64,000 nt of DNA from Zancudomyces culisetae HAW-14-8 (lineage: Eukaryota > Fungi > Kickxellomycota). Position numbers and translations under genes: made by a program. Below the pieces are notes generated by a model that worked only from the letters and a program-made list of their open reading frames with translations, had not been told where the DNA came from and searched no databases. The DNA lies in contig JBNJNM010000006.1 in the NCBI GenBank assembly GCA_052426225.1, positions 62,001-126,000 of the forward strand, written 5' to 3'. Below, piece by piece: positions 34,492 through 46,390 of this stretch (position 1 is the stretch's first letter; each line of letters opens with the position of its first letter).

Positions 34492-35808
34492 ATGGGTAAA
34501 ATAGACCAGATAGTTCAGGGAATAGTACTGGGATGTACAACAACAGTCGACTTTATAAAAACAGACTTGCTTGCAAAGACTACTACCAACCACCACCAAG
34601 GCCAAGACCAAGACCAAGACCAAGACGACCACAAAACTGATAAAGGAAAACAAGAAAATGGTGATAATGGTATAAGGAGTAAGAGGGTGGCGGAGTTACT
34701 CCGAATGATATACATTTCAGTAATGGCACACTCGGTCGGGTACCTACTGCTGAATGCAGTACCATACGTTGCGTTACACATCCTGTATGCAATAACGCTG
34801 TCTGCACTAACAGGTACCACTCCGAGACGTGACCACGCCATTGCACTATCGACAATAGCGGGGATGTTCCACGAAACAGTCAATATGTATGCACCGTTGG
34901 CAATTGCGGAACTTGTGACACGAATTGGGCATACGTGTTATGAAAGTATATTCTATGCGCGGTTGGGTAGGCTGGATCCCCGGTATTGCTGGGAACTACA
35001 GCATAACCGCAGCGAGATCCCTATAGAAGATGAGGAGGACGCAGGCGAAGAGGAAACGAGTGATGTGGGATATTACATGGTGGTTTCGAGAGAGATTGAG
35101 TATACGGTAAAAACGAGCGTCCAGCGGTTTATGCTTATGTTTTTTATTTCAACTATGGTTGGAATCTTTCCAACAGCAATAGTCGGAGAAAACACAGGCT
35201 TTGTAGTCACAGGAATACTAATTATTCCAATAGTTATGGTAATATTGTTCCGTCGGTACATTGAACTGGTGCTGCTTGTGGTGATTCCGGTGGTTGCTGT
35301 AGGGCTAGGGATTGTGGTTCTTACGGGTGCCCCGCCATCGCCAGCAGCACATGCGGGATCGTCATCGGCAGCATCACCACTGACATCGCCATTTTCACTG
35401 TCTGAAGCACCACCACTTGTATTTTCATCACTAGAAAATTCAGCAACTACACAAAGCTTGAGCAAGTCAATGTTCTCACTCGGGTACGAAACCAAAAACA
35501 ATAACATCGAACTGGTCCGCACAATACTGGTACATCTGTTTGTGTACGCATGCAGTATTCGCGAGATCAGTCTCAACTACCTGCGACCATACCTCCGCAA
35601 GACAATCCTGGCACGGTACGAGCAGGCTACGATGATTAGCCAGAACATGTATGTGTTGATAGGATTTGGTTCAGTGTTTTATGTCGCAAACGCAGTGCTC
35701 CCAATGTATTTGAGTGTGATTTTGTACACTATTGGATTTGCGGGAATTTCAGACTTTGTTATCAAGTACATTAAACCTCTAGAAGTCGAAAAAACTAGAA
35801 AAAAATAA
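34492..35808 (+). CDS. Multi-pass membrane protein, UsgS/EI24-like
   Basis: Several hydrophobic helices. C-terminal YLRPYL..VLIGFGSVFY..P..SVILY..KYIKP resembles, from memory, the fungal UsgS/EI24 consensus LLEPYF..VLFGFG.GFY..P..GVLIY..TKITDP. Confidence 0.55.
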   Translation: MGKIDQIVQGIVLGCTTTVDFIKTDLLAKTTTNHHQGQDQDQDQDDHKTDKGKQENGDNGIRSKRVAELLRMIYISVMAHSVGYLLLNAVPYVALHILYAITLSALTGTTPRRDHAIALSTIAGMFHETVNMYAPLAIAELVTRIGHTCYESIFYARLGRLDPRYCWELQHNRSEIPIEDEEDAGEEETSDVGYYMVVSREIEYTVKTSVQRFMLMFFISTMVGIFPTAIVGENTGFVVTGILIIPIVMVILFRRYIELVLLVVIPVVAVGLGIVVLTGAPPSPAAHAGSSSAASPLTSPFSLSEAPPLVFSSLENSATTQSLSKSMFSLGYETKNNNIELVRTILVHLFVYACSIREISLNYLRPYLRKTILARYEQATMISQNMYVLIGFGSVFYVANAVLPMYLSVILYTIGFAGISDFVIKYIKPLEVEKTRKK

Positions 35809-35953
35809 AATCAAGTTGAGAGGAGAGGAGGATATATAATTATATAAATATTATAATATTTTATTGTTTAATTAACTTGATTATAGAAAAGAAACTGAAA
35901 AATAAAGTGTAAAATGTAAAATGTAAAAACCAAAATTTAGAATTTAAAAAGAA

Positions 35954-38900
35954 TCAAGTACGAGAAGAAACAATATCAAGAATCTTTGATTTTGCAGCTT
36001 CAATTGCATCCTTTGAACCCAAAATAATAACAAAATCGGCATCCTTAGGTACATCAATAGCAGCACCAGTATCTTCACGGATGGCCTGGATGACAGAGCC
36101 ACCACGACCAATAATAAAGCGGTGGTGTTTGCGGTCAACAGGAATGGCAGTGGCAAAGGCATGGGTGGTGCAGTAGGAAGTCAAAAAGGCCTTGATGTAA
36201 CTGACCGCACCAGCGATAGCAGATTTGTCGGAACCACGGACGACCCACTCGGCAGTAGGCAGGTGGACAGGTGATTCAGGATCGACAATCAAGTGTGGCG
36301 AGAGATCAACAAGCTCATTTGGAGTAGAACGAAGAGCAATAAGTTGGGCTTCGTATGCACGAGAAGGCTTGTCGACACGGGGAGAATCAACAGAGACACC
36401 AGCAAACTTGGCGGCAACATCGTCCCACAAGCGAGTATGGTCACGAGCAGCAACCAAGCGGCGGTGCAGGGCCAAGGGTACTTCAACAACAGACTCTTGG
36501 CGCACCAGAGCAAGAAGAGCAGCAGAGGCAGCGGCACAGGCATCAGGCAGTCCGGAGATTTGGACAGTCGACGACGTGGAAGATTTGGGGAAATTGATTT
36601 GGACGTTGTGGGCAGTCTGCAAGGTACGCAGGTTTGAGCCTCGCTTGCCAATGAGCTGAGAATGCTGTGATGGTGGAATCTCAACCGAGACAGTCACAAT
36701 GCTGTCAAGCTCAGCAGCCCGGCGAGTCAGCTCAGCTACTACCTTGTCGACTACTTGTTGGTCTCCCACAACACGCACAGCTGTTGATTCGTTTCTTGGG
36801 AAAAAGATCTTGCACGACCCACGGCCTGCACTGAGTTCGGGATTTCCGCCGCATGCCGCAACTATCTCGCGCGACACAGATCCGGATGGACCTATCAGCG
36901 CACGATGGTGTTTGCGTGCAATGTCGACTGTCACCTCGGCGGTCGATTCGTGATCTGCAACAACTGCACTGATAAGTTTGATAGCTTCTTGAACATTTGC
37001 TGCTGATCCGCGCACTTGGATTTCGACATTCTCACTTGCTGTTCCTGCTCCTGTTGCTGAATGGCTGTTGGGGATCTCAATGCGTGTAGACGTCTGGTCT
37101 CGGATTTCGTTGATTTGCGCTCCTCCACGTCCCACTACATACCGCAAGTGCTTGGCTGCAACTGTAACTGTTTCACTATAATTGCTTTCTGATACGTATG
37201 CTGCCAAATCAAGTAGTTCTTGGCACACTGCTGCTACTCCTTTACTTCCTCCTCGTACCAAAATCTCGTTTGGCTGCAATTTTGCTCTCTCCGACTCTCT
37301 ATTTATTGTTCCTTTTTCCTCTTCCTTTTCTTTCTCACCATCAACTTGTTCGTTTGCTCCACCTTCAATTCCTGCTTCGGTTTCAGTTTCGGCTTCGGTT
37401 TCTGGGAATCGTATATTGACGTGGTACTTGGTCTCCAATCGTCTCACATACTTCCCTTTAGGTCCAATGAGAGAGCCGTGATGTTGGCTATCCACCACAA
37501 TGACTCGTACTGTTTGATCAGCCAAATCTTCAATAATCGCCTCCAACTCTGCCTTGGCTGCTGCTGCTCCTTGTTTAGTTCCCTTAATAGTCAATGTTGA
37601 CCCTTCCTTCTTGTCACCAACTGTTACTTGAACATCATGTGTCTGACTTATCTTGTTCAAGCCACTACCACCCTTACCAATTACCCGCGACAATAACCGT
37701 TCTGGCACCTGTACTACCTCTTCAAACGCATACATCACCTCTCGATGTTTCAATTCCTCCACTCGCTTCTTTATTGCGCTTACTACCTTTTCCACTATCT
37801 TTTTGGGTCCCTTGACTGACATTTGATCTGCTGTAACCCCTCCTCGTGTACTATTATTATTGTTATTATTATCTTCACTGCTACTACCAAAATCAATAAA
37901 TACTCGGTTCTCCTCACTATCTGCTCCACTTTGCTCCAAAACTTCCTTAAGTGCTACCCCCTTGGCTCCTATCAATACACTATGATACTTGGATGGAATC
38001 GAAACCACATCATTTGCATATTCCGATGCCTCTTGTACATGCTTCATCAACTCTGCTTTACATCCCTTCAATACTGCTCTAATCTTCTTCTCCTTCTCCT
38101 TACTATCACTGATCTTCTCAACCTCCGGATTATGTCCCTCATACGCCAATATAACCTCGCTGGATCGTGCTGGTTTCAGATTACCCAGGTTCTCTGGCTC
38201 TACTGGTGTCAATATCATCACACTACTCTTCTCCCGCATTCGTGCCGCATTCGCTCCCTTGCGTCCTACCAAATGTCCCTGCAGATGTGGCTCCACCTCC
38301 ATTGTCTCGAAATACGCCGGTGTGAATCCTCTAACCAGTTCAACCAACTCAGCCCGCGCTTCTGCTACTGATGATGCCGACTTACCCACCAGTTCCAGCA
38401 CCAAGTCGTCTTGACATGTAGGCTTAATCGATCCGCGTGGCTTGTTAACATACACACTAACCCCGTGGTCCTTCTCCAATCGTTTCAAGACCAGCTTCAC
38501 CTGAATAAATCGCAGAATTTGCCATCCCAACTCTATGTTTGGCTTGGCTCCCTGGGTAGTCGACAAATCCACCGTATCAATACTCACCGAATTGGCCTTC
38601 TCCATCACCATTGCCATTCCTTCTGCTAGTCGGTTCTGTGTACCTCTAACTGTAACCACCACCGACTCGCTCTTGCTGCTTGGAACCTCTACTCCACACC
38701 CTGTCTTCTCCAATATCTCCTGAATCGTTGCTCCCTTTGCACCCACCACAAATCGATGTTGTCGCTTTGGAAGTGTGATTTGCATTGTCATCAACGTTCT
38801 AGACAATTGCATTGACTGCGCCTCTATACGTGCCAATATCTGCCCAACTGCCTCTCGCTCTCCTGTAACTACTATTGTGTTTGCATCTGCTCTGCTCACT

Positions 38901-39901
38901 CCCTCCTCCTTGCTATCCTCTACACTCACCATCGGAACTCTTATACGCACATCCTTGAACTCCTTCATCCACTCGTTTATTTGCTGGTTATTTGGCCCCG
39001 CTATAAACAAATAATGCTCTCTAGGCACTGTCGAGATTCGCACTCCTCGCTTTGAAGTTCGCTTCTGAACAATCTCTTCAATTGCGGCCTTGGCCATCCC
39101 CACTCCTTGAACATCTCCAACTATCGTCACATCCACTACCTCTACCAAATCGTCATCTTCAAAATCTCCTCCACTACGTGCTGCCTCCTTCTCCTCCTCT
39201 GTACGTGATGGCAACGTAATCTTTGTACCTGTCTGTGTCTGAATAGCCATCAGTGTCTGTCCCTTTGTGCCCACTATAAATCTGCGGACCACGCTTGGAA
39301 TCTGCACCACCAACGTTATCTGTGGCGAAAGCTGTGAACATATCTCCCGCTTAGCTTTGCTCACACCCTCTGCCTCTCCCATAATCAAAAACGTCATTGT
39401 GTTCAGCTGTGCGGCCTTTGACACCTCAATTGTTGTCCGTGTTGCCGCCATAATCTGCTTCACCACCTCTGCAACTGTCAGCTTTTGCTGATTGCCACTA
39501 CTCCCCTTGGCTCCCTTAGCTCGTGGTGCAATCTGTCCCAACGGCATGTCTATCACCTCTGTCACTTGATTTCCCCGTCTCTGTGCTCCTCCTGCTGCTG
39601 ACTTGGATGCTGCTGCTGCCAACCCTGTGCTTTTACCCCATGTTGTTGGTGCAATTGTCTTTTCTGCCTTTGGCTTTCCAAGTTCGGGGAACTCCTCCTT
39701 TGACGAGAAATCCACCTTTCTTCTTCTCTGACTTGCTTGCTCTCTCTTAATTCTCTCCTCCTCTCCCTCTTGCTCTTCCTCTCCAAACTCAGTTTTTTCG
39801 CCACTTTCAACCATAACCACCTCGTTGTGTCCATTCATCACCTCATTTTGTGCTTCCTGTTCGACATTTGTTGTGTTGTTTATTTCGGTAATCTGTTCCA
39901 T
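35954..39901 (-). CDS. SCP160: Vigilin / Scp160 multi-KH-domain RNA-binding protein
   Basis: N-terminal EEFPELG motif and more than 10 KH repeats with IG/VG-GxxG loops (e.g. HRFVVGAKGATI, HRFIIGRGGSVI). Confidence 0.93.
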   Translation of the reverse strand: MEQITEINNTTNVEQEAQNEVMNGHNEVVMVESGEKTEFGEEEQEGEEERIKREQASQRRRKVDFSSKEEFPELGKPKAEKTIAPTTWGKSTGLAAAASKSAAGGAQRRGNQVTEVIDMPLGQIAPRAKGAKGSSGNQQKLTVAEVVKQIMAATRTTIEVSKAAQLNTMTFLIMGEAEGVSKAKREICSQLSPQITLVVQIPSVVRRFIVGTKGQTLMAIQTQTGTKITLPSRTEEEKEAARSGGDFEDDDLVEVVDVTIVGDVQGVGMAKAAIEEIVQKRTSKRGVRISTVPREHYLFIAGPNNQQINEWMKEFKDVRIRVPMVSVEDSKEEGVSRADANTIVVTGEREAVGQILARIEAQSMQLSRTLMTMQITLPKRQHRFVVGAKGATIQEILEKTGCGVEVPSSKSESVVVTVRGTQNRLAEGMAMVMEKANSVSIDTVDLSTTQGAKPNIELGWQILRFIQVKLVLKRLEKDHGVSVYVNKPRGSIKPTCQDDLVLELVGKSASSVAEARAELVELVRGFTPAYFETMEVEPHLQGHLVGRKGANAARMREKSSVMILTPVEPENLGNLKPARSSEVILAYEGHNPEVEKISDSKEKEKKIRAVLKGCKAELMKHVQEASEYANDVVSIPSKYHSVLIGAKGVALKEVLEQSGADSEENRVFIDFGSSSEDNNNNNNSTRGGVTADQMSVKGPKKIVEKVVSAIKKRVEELKHREVMYAFEEVVQVPERLLSRVIGKGGSGLNKISQTHDVQVTVGDKKEGSTLTIKGTKQGAAAAKAELEAIIEDLADQTVRVIVVDSQHHGSLIGPKGKYVRRLETKYHVNIRFPETEAETETEAGIEGGANEQVDGEKEKEEEKGTINRESERAKLQPNEILVRGGSKGVAAVCQELLDLAAYVSESNYSETVTVAAKHLRYVVGRGGAQINEIRDQTSTRIEIPNSHSATGAGTASENVEIQVRGSAANVQEAIKLISAVVADHESTAEVTVDIARKHHRALIGPSGSVSREIVAACGGNPELSAGRGSCKIFFPRNESTAVRVVGDQQVVDKVVAELTRRAAELDSIVTVSVEIPPSQHSQLIGKRGSNLRTLQTAHNVQINFPKSSTSSTVQISGLPDACAAASAALLALVRQESVVEVPLALHRRLVAARDHTRLWDDVAAKFAGVSVDSPRVDKPSRAYEAQLIALRSTPNELVDLSPHLIVDPESPVHLPTAEWVVRGSDKSAIAGAVSYIKAFLTSYCTTHAFATAIPVDRKHHRFIIGRGGSVIQAIREDTGAAIDVPKDADFVIILGSKDAIEAAKSKILDIVSSRT

Positions 39902-41519
39902 TTTCCAATCCTACGTATTTCATTTACACAATATATAAATCACTATTTTCTTCTCTTTTCTTCCTCCGTCTCTCTATACTTTTTACTCTAAACACGTGAA
40001 AATCTTGTAAAATAAAAAGAACACCCCGTCCAAACTAGTTACCTTGTTAACTTATTTTAACTGCCAGTATATCATTAAATATATACAATTTCTAGTAGAT
40101 GAATCCAATTCCAGTATCCGTTAAAGTGTAAACCAAAATCTGTAGAATATTCCGTTTTTTTTTCAATCCCACTTTATTTTTCTTGCAAAATAGATTTTGT
40201 ACCCTTTATTTATTTATTTATTTATTTATTTCTTTATATCATTTCCAAGTTCCAAATCTTTCATTACGCTTCTGGATCAGCTTCCCCTTTTTTTGTTTTT
40301 TTCAAATTCACCTCTCCAAAAATATCCACCTCCCACTGTATGGATTGGTAGTCTATTTAATTCCCGCCTTATTTCCCATTCAATTTTACCCACTTTTCTC
40401 TCTTTTTTTCACCCATTCATGTACCTCCAAATCGTCTATTCAAAATCTTTGGGTTTTTGGATTAAAAAAATGATAATAATAAGTTATGCATTCATCTCTA
40501 GGTATTTTTTTGTGAAAATTTTCAAATATTCAGTGCGTTTTTTACACTACTTTTTCGTTTATTGGCCAGATATTCAGACCTAATCATACATTTGCTATGT
40601 TTGCAGAGGTTCCTCTTTTCCAAATTTTTTTTGTTTTAGCCTATAATCCTCCTCCCCTTCCCTTCCCATCCCTCACTCATCCATTTATCCATCCATTTAT
40701 CCATCCAATTTTCCTATCCAATAACAACACAAAATGTCATTATCATTTTAGTTTTCTCATATTTCCAAATCATCCCCTCCCTTCACTACTTTGCCCTTTT
40801 TTATTGCTTTTTTCATTTATGTTCAAAATGATGGATTTTTGTTTACTCTCAAATACACTTGCATTTTGTTCATTATTGTCTACATTATCAAATTATTCTA
40901 TTAGATTCCACCTTACATCACAATAAAACTATATTTAACAGAAATAAAACGTACCTTCTTCATTCTCTCTAGCTTTCCAAGCCATCATTTTTTCTACTTA
41001 TTTATTCTACCCTTCCTGTATACGTTTACTCACTTGTTACCATTTTTCTTTTAGTATCTTTGCTCTTGTTCTTGTTCTTGTTGGTGTTCATGTACATGTA
41101 CAGTTGAATACATTGCGCCCCCTTTCTTTATTGTCTTGCTATCATCACTTGACGGTTATCCCTTCTTTTAAAAGAACTTTAATCTAGACTTTTTTAGCTG
41201 TACTTTTTTTTTTTTTCTTACTGCTCTTGGTATCAGTCCATTACCATTTATTGGAAGACCAAAAAGTAATTTTTGCTTCATCATTGATCTAACTATTATT
41301 ATTTTTCTAAGCATTCCAAGTATAAGCTTTTTATTCTTTTAATCCCCCCCCTTTTTTTTTACCCATTGACTAACATTTGGAACAGGAATTTCGCCACCAT
41401 AAAAACATACTAATACAATAACACCACATAATCATTTGTAAGTAAATACTGGTCAATTCACTACAAAGCCTTTTTCCCAATGCATTGTTCATTTTTCTCT
41501 CCATCAAACCTAAAGTTCA

Positions 41520-41610
41520 CTATCACTATCGCTATCGTTATCGCCATCGCCATCACTATCACTATCACTATCACTATCACTACCACTACCACTACCACTA
41601 CCACTACCAC
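41520..41610. repeat. Hexamer microsatellite (cactat/cgctat/cactac)n
   Basis: About 15 imperfect units visible directly. Confidence 0.85.
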
Positions 41611-44338
41611 TTTTAGTTTAAATGTATAAAATAAGGTTCAAAAAGAAAAAACGACTTTTTGCACATTCGTACATGCTATAAAATGTTGATTATTCAATGT
41701 TCAAACCACTCGATAGCAATATACATGTGGTACTATATTAATTAATTCGATATATATAAAACCAACACTCCTTGTAACGAACTCTTTCCATTTACTTTTC
41801 TTTTTCTTTAAAAGATATTAATCATGTTGGTGTAAAAGCGTATAATTATTATGACAAAGCAAAAAGAGACTCAATGTTATTTAAAATACAGTTCTAAATA
41901 AACCATTACATGATAACTGTATTACAAAAGTCAAACTGTATAATCAATGGTACATGGGCGAGTATACATATATATTCGTTTCGGTGAGTCAATTTATGAC
42001 TATCCAGGACATTTTCCATCCCAACAAGCCTCATTTATTCTAGTTTCTATTTTAGTATGTGGTATATCCAACTTTACCAAGACGGCTAACGACAACTGCA
42101 TTTTTTTTCTAAAAAAAAAGCTCATGTACTTGTAACTTAAATGTGTATCTTGTTGACTCGATGAAACTACACTTCTTTTTTCTTTAATTAACAATCGGTT
42201 GGGTATTTCTCCTTGCAAGCCTTAAATGTTGTTATAACTACATTTTATTTATTCACTTTCCACTTCAATGCTTATTATTTCCAAAAGTGTCATTATTGAA
42301 CGAAGAATGAGTACATCACACTACGAAATGCCAATCAATTCATCAATGTTTTACTTGGGTTTTTTACTCGATATAAATGCAATTATTTATTCTATATATA
42401 CTTTTTCAGTTTTAAATTAGTTCCAAAGGACTTTAATTATTTTTTTTGAATTGTAAAATAACTTGCGTTTTTAATTAGCTCGAAGATTCAAAAAAAAAAC
42501 ATTGATTGATCACTTACCTATACTCAATCTGTATAAAATGAATTACATTTGGAAAAAAAAACACAGCTAATGAATTGCGCCTTTTTTTCTATTAAACTTG
42601 ATATATCTTCAACTTACGAATACAAATACCAATTGGTTCAATTACAAAACAGCCAATGTAAATAGTTAAAGCAGATGCTCCAAAAGTATATTTAGATCAC
42701 AGCGGTAAAGTAAGCTGATAATACAAACACTTGGTAACGGAAATAAAAACCCCCATCAGAAAGTGTGGATAGTTCATTCTATTCGATGCCATTTGGCATA
42801 AACTTGACAAAGACCACTGTTTCATAGCAGCACCAAATTTTATTTTTAACTTTAAAGCTAAACGTGATATAAAAGTCTTGGAGGGTAGTGGTGGATAAAT
42901 AAGAAAATTGCATATATTTTGTCCTGAACTTGGGATACCACCTCAGCATTCTTTCCAAAAAAAAATTTTCCTATTCATACCTTGTGATATAATAAGTAGG
43001 TACAAAAAATAAAAACAACAAACCCAAAAAAGCCGAAATCATATTTAAAACAGCTTCAAACTGAAGTAAGAGTAGAAAAGGAGATAGAAAAAGGAGAACA
43101 GAAACGAAAGGGGGAAATGAAGGGGAAGCGAAAGAGGGGGAGGGCGGCTTTGCTTTCTGCAAATAAAGTGAGCTACTTAATATACGCCATATTGGTTAAA
43201 TTGGCACAAAAAAGCTACCGATCTCCTATAAAAAATGATATACATCATCAATTCCCTTTCTATTTACAGCATTTATCTACATTGATGCCCTTTTTCACCG
43301 ATTTGTATTGTATTGCAATAATTTAATTAATGGAAATCACACTATTCAACAAATGGCGAGTGCTGAATTGTAATTGCGATATAAATTTATACTGGTAGGT
43401 TGACAGTTTGCAAAAATTAAATACAATGGAATGGGTTGGTGAAAAATAGTCAAGGGGGGGAGTAGAGTAGAGAAAAAAAAAGAAAATAAGCTTTACTAGT
43501 GGAAAATTGCAAGTAAAAAGTCACCAATAAAAAGCATGACATGTAATGCATTACAAAATATGAAATATGTACAATCAAATCAGAAAATAAAGTCACCAAA
43601 AAAAACAAGATTAATACAAGTTAACGTAAATCATTCAGGCAGTTTACTCTCCTAAACCGTCCAAGAAAAAAAAAACATTATTTCTGCTTCATCTGATTTT
43701 TTTTGTACATTGGGTATTATTAATCTATAAATTAAAAGTTAAACCTGCATTTTATAGATAAACTGTGAAAGTAGTGAATTTGGGATAAAGTGCGGTTAAT
43801 TACACAAGTTTTTTTTCATTTTTAAAGCTTTGGGTCAGCCTTTTAATTCTATATTTAAACATAATTAATATCACTTGCAAGGGTTTAACAGTTTGAGCAG
43901 ATACGTTATAAAACACAGCTGTTACAGTAGTTGGTATTTCCTCCAACAATGTATACATACTCTGTGAATGTGTACACAACCCTAAATGTGACTCAGCTCT
44001 GAAAAGTATGTAGAATTTATAGAACAACGAGAAAACAACGAGCCAACTTCTTTTCTATTGTGTTTGATACCAAGAAAATATTAAATCGAAAAGTAAATAT
44101 ACACAAAGTAAGTGTAACTCGGAGGAATCTAGAAATGTCAGCACTTTACTAGAGAATAAAAAGCGAATCGAATTGAATTTAAAGCATATACATATTCGCT
44201 ATTAACAATAAAGGCGGTATTTAATCAAAAACACATACAAAAAAGGTTCAGCTTTTGATCAAAAGTCTACATATAAAGCAACAACAACAACAACAACAAA
44301 AAACTATAAAAATCATTGATACGCTTAGATAAAATACA

Positions 44339-45754
44339 ATGCACGAGTACGAAATAGAGGTCTCAGACGACGAGATCTTGACAAATACACAAAAATATAT
44401 TATCCTAGGATTCAACGTCGCTGCACTACTTGCAAGCATTCTAGTCGTGCTGATTCTTATATTTTATGGCCGGAAAATATATAAAATGCTAAGTATCCCC
44501 TGGTCCAATGTACCAATAGACGATGTCGAGAACGTAAACGTTGTAGGCAATCATGTTGTGGTTGGAACAAGGCGGTTTAGATGGAAAAGCTGGATCTCCT
44601 ATCTGTTTTTTATAAAATGCGGTGATAAATATCATATCCCAACATCATCTCTTTCACTAATGTTCGCCTCGGCACTTTCGGACTCGCTCAACACGTCTAT
44701 CCGCATCTTTTTTCTTTTTAGGTCAGATTTGTGTACAGAATACAAAGTATATTCCTACTATAGTCTATGCACTGTACTGCTTTGGATTTTAAGGGCTACA
44801 ATGCTTATTTCGGCCTCCACAAGGTTTTTATCTTGTCTCCACTTACAACTGATAATAGTCAACGAAAATCTGAAACCCTACAGGGTTATCAAAAAATGCT
44901 ACTTTGTGTGTATAATATTTTCAATAGCAATTTCGTCCGGGGTGTTTATTCAAAGATTAATTAATACTTTATATATAGACGAGGCAAAGGAGTACTTTGG
45001 GAGTGGGTTTTTACTGGGTGGTCTGGATTTCGATGAGTTAAAAGTATATAACCTTTATTTGCTCAAAGTCATAGTTATAAGGTTCTGCGTCGTCGAGCTC
45101 TTGTTTTACCACCTGTGGATCTGGATAATGGTAGGATACGGGTTAGTAGCAACAATGCTCATACAAATAAAACTGTATAAACAAAGCGTTAAGTGGAAAA
45201 ACATCAGAAAAGAGCAAACCTTAGTGTTACTCAGTGCGATCACACGTCCCTCATTTTGGGATAACTTTTTCAAACTATCAGAACGTGCATTACGCCACTC
45301 AGTAGTTATACTAGTAAGTCATGTGTTTGAGCTAACGTGGTTTGTAATGGTGCTTCAAAGAGCACTTTCAGCTGTTCAAAGCAGCTCCCCCAGCGAACTT
45401 GCCTTCTACCATGAGTTTTCAATCTATCCTTGGGTATATAAATTTTTGAATGGTACAACAACCAATGCCTCTAATTCGCTACAGATTCTACATTTATGTG
45501 TGCAACTTGCGCTTTGTATTCCCAACTTTCAGCTACTCTTTGTATTGCTCTTTGAAAAGTCTTCAAAGTTTGGGTTTACAACATTTGCCAGTAGAATTTT
45601 ATCTTCAAAACCTCAAAATCCCACCAAGACTGTTTCGGTGTTGATTAGCAATTCCCCAAAATACCCTGAATCCGCTTATCAAACATCTGATCAAAGTTGG
45701 ACCTCTAGTTCTCGCTCCCGTTCTGGTGGTTTTGATCCCTCAAGCATACTATAA
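44339..45754 (+). CDS. Orphan seven-transmembrane (GPCR-like) protein
   Basis: 471-aa intronless ORF with about 7 hydrophobic segments, Cys at the start of TM3 (SLCTVLLW), basic third inner loop and Ser-rich C-tail. Topology resembles Git3/cAMP-receptor-like fungal GPCRs. Confidence 0.55.
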   Translation: MHEYEIEVSDDEILTNTQKYIILGFNVAALLASILVVLILIFYGRKIYKMLSIPWSNVPIDDVENVNVVGNHVVVGTRRFRWKSWISYLFFIKCGDKYHIPTSSLSLMFASALSDSLNTSIRIFFLFRSDLCTEYKVYSYYSLCTVLLWILRATMLISASTRFLSCLHLQLIIVNENLKPYRVIKKCYFVCIIFSIAISSGVFIQRLINTLYIDEAKEYFGSGFLLGGLDFDELKVYNLYLLKVIVIRFCVVELLFYHLWIWIMVGYGLVATMLIQIKLYKQSVKWKNIRKEQTLVLLSAITRPSFWDNFFKLSERALRHSVVILVSHVFELTWFVMVLQRALSAVQSSSPSELAFYHEFSIYPWVYKFLNGTTTNASNSLQILHLCVQLALCIPNFQLLFVLLFEKSSKFGFTTFASRILSSKPQNPTKTVSVLISNSPKYPESAYQTSDQSWTSSSRSRSGGFDPSSIL

Positions 45755-46390
45755 CTTTGCTCATCTTGCACCCCAGATAATTTATATATCTCTTTAGCTG
45801 TTGCACATCTCCTCTTGCTGTCTGTGTCATCACTATTATGTCTGGTATACACTTACCAAGAGGCAATTGTCGATAGACTCAAATCTGGATACAAGTACGG
45901 GCACGGGCACGGGCGTGAACATGGGTATACAAAGTAATTTAACTTTTCTTGTATTTTTTTCAATATGATAGCAACTCCCATCCCGGACCAACCGCAGTAA
46001 ACAGCCTGTCATATTGTTTTAACTCTATAGATTTTTATTTATTTTTCAAACTCTTTTATAGCTTATACATCTTGCATCATTTGCACTTAGAAATCCTTCG
46101 TTTATTTACGCTTTCTTTTATTCTATCCAATTATGATATAAATTTTGTAATTCTGCTTCATAAACCTTGTTCATTTCATAACGCTTGTGAGGAGAACGAG
46201 GGGAATACTATCACAAAAGGGGAAAAGCAAATACGACACTATGGCTTGAAGATCATATAGCATATGAAGTATCTTATGCGAATGCTTATTCAGTATACAA
46301 GAGTGTTACACCTGTTAATATATCGCACTACATGGAAAATGGCTTGTACCATCAGGCATTGTCAAATCAAAATCAAAACATCTACAAAGG

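Noticed and set aside
24944-39834. Numerous 60-180 aa ORFs antisense to or overlapping MYO2 and SCP160
   Set aside because: Expected shadows of long coding sequences with skewed codon use; no independent motifs.
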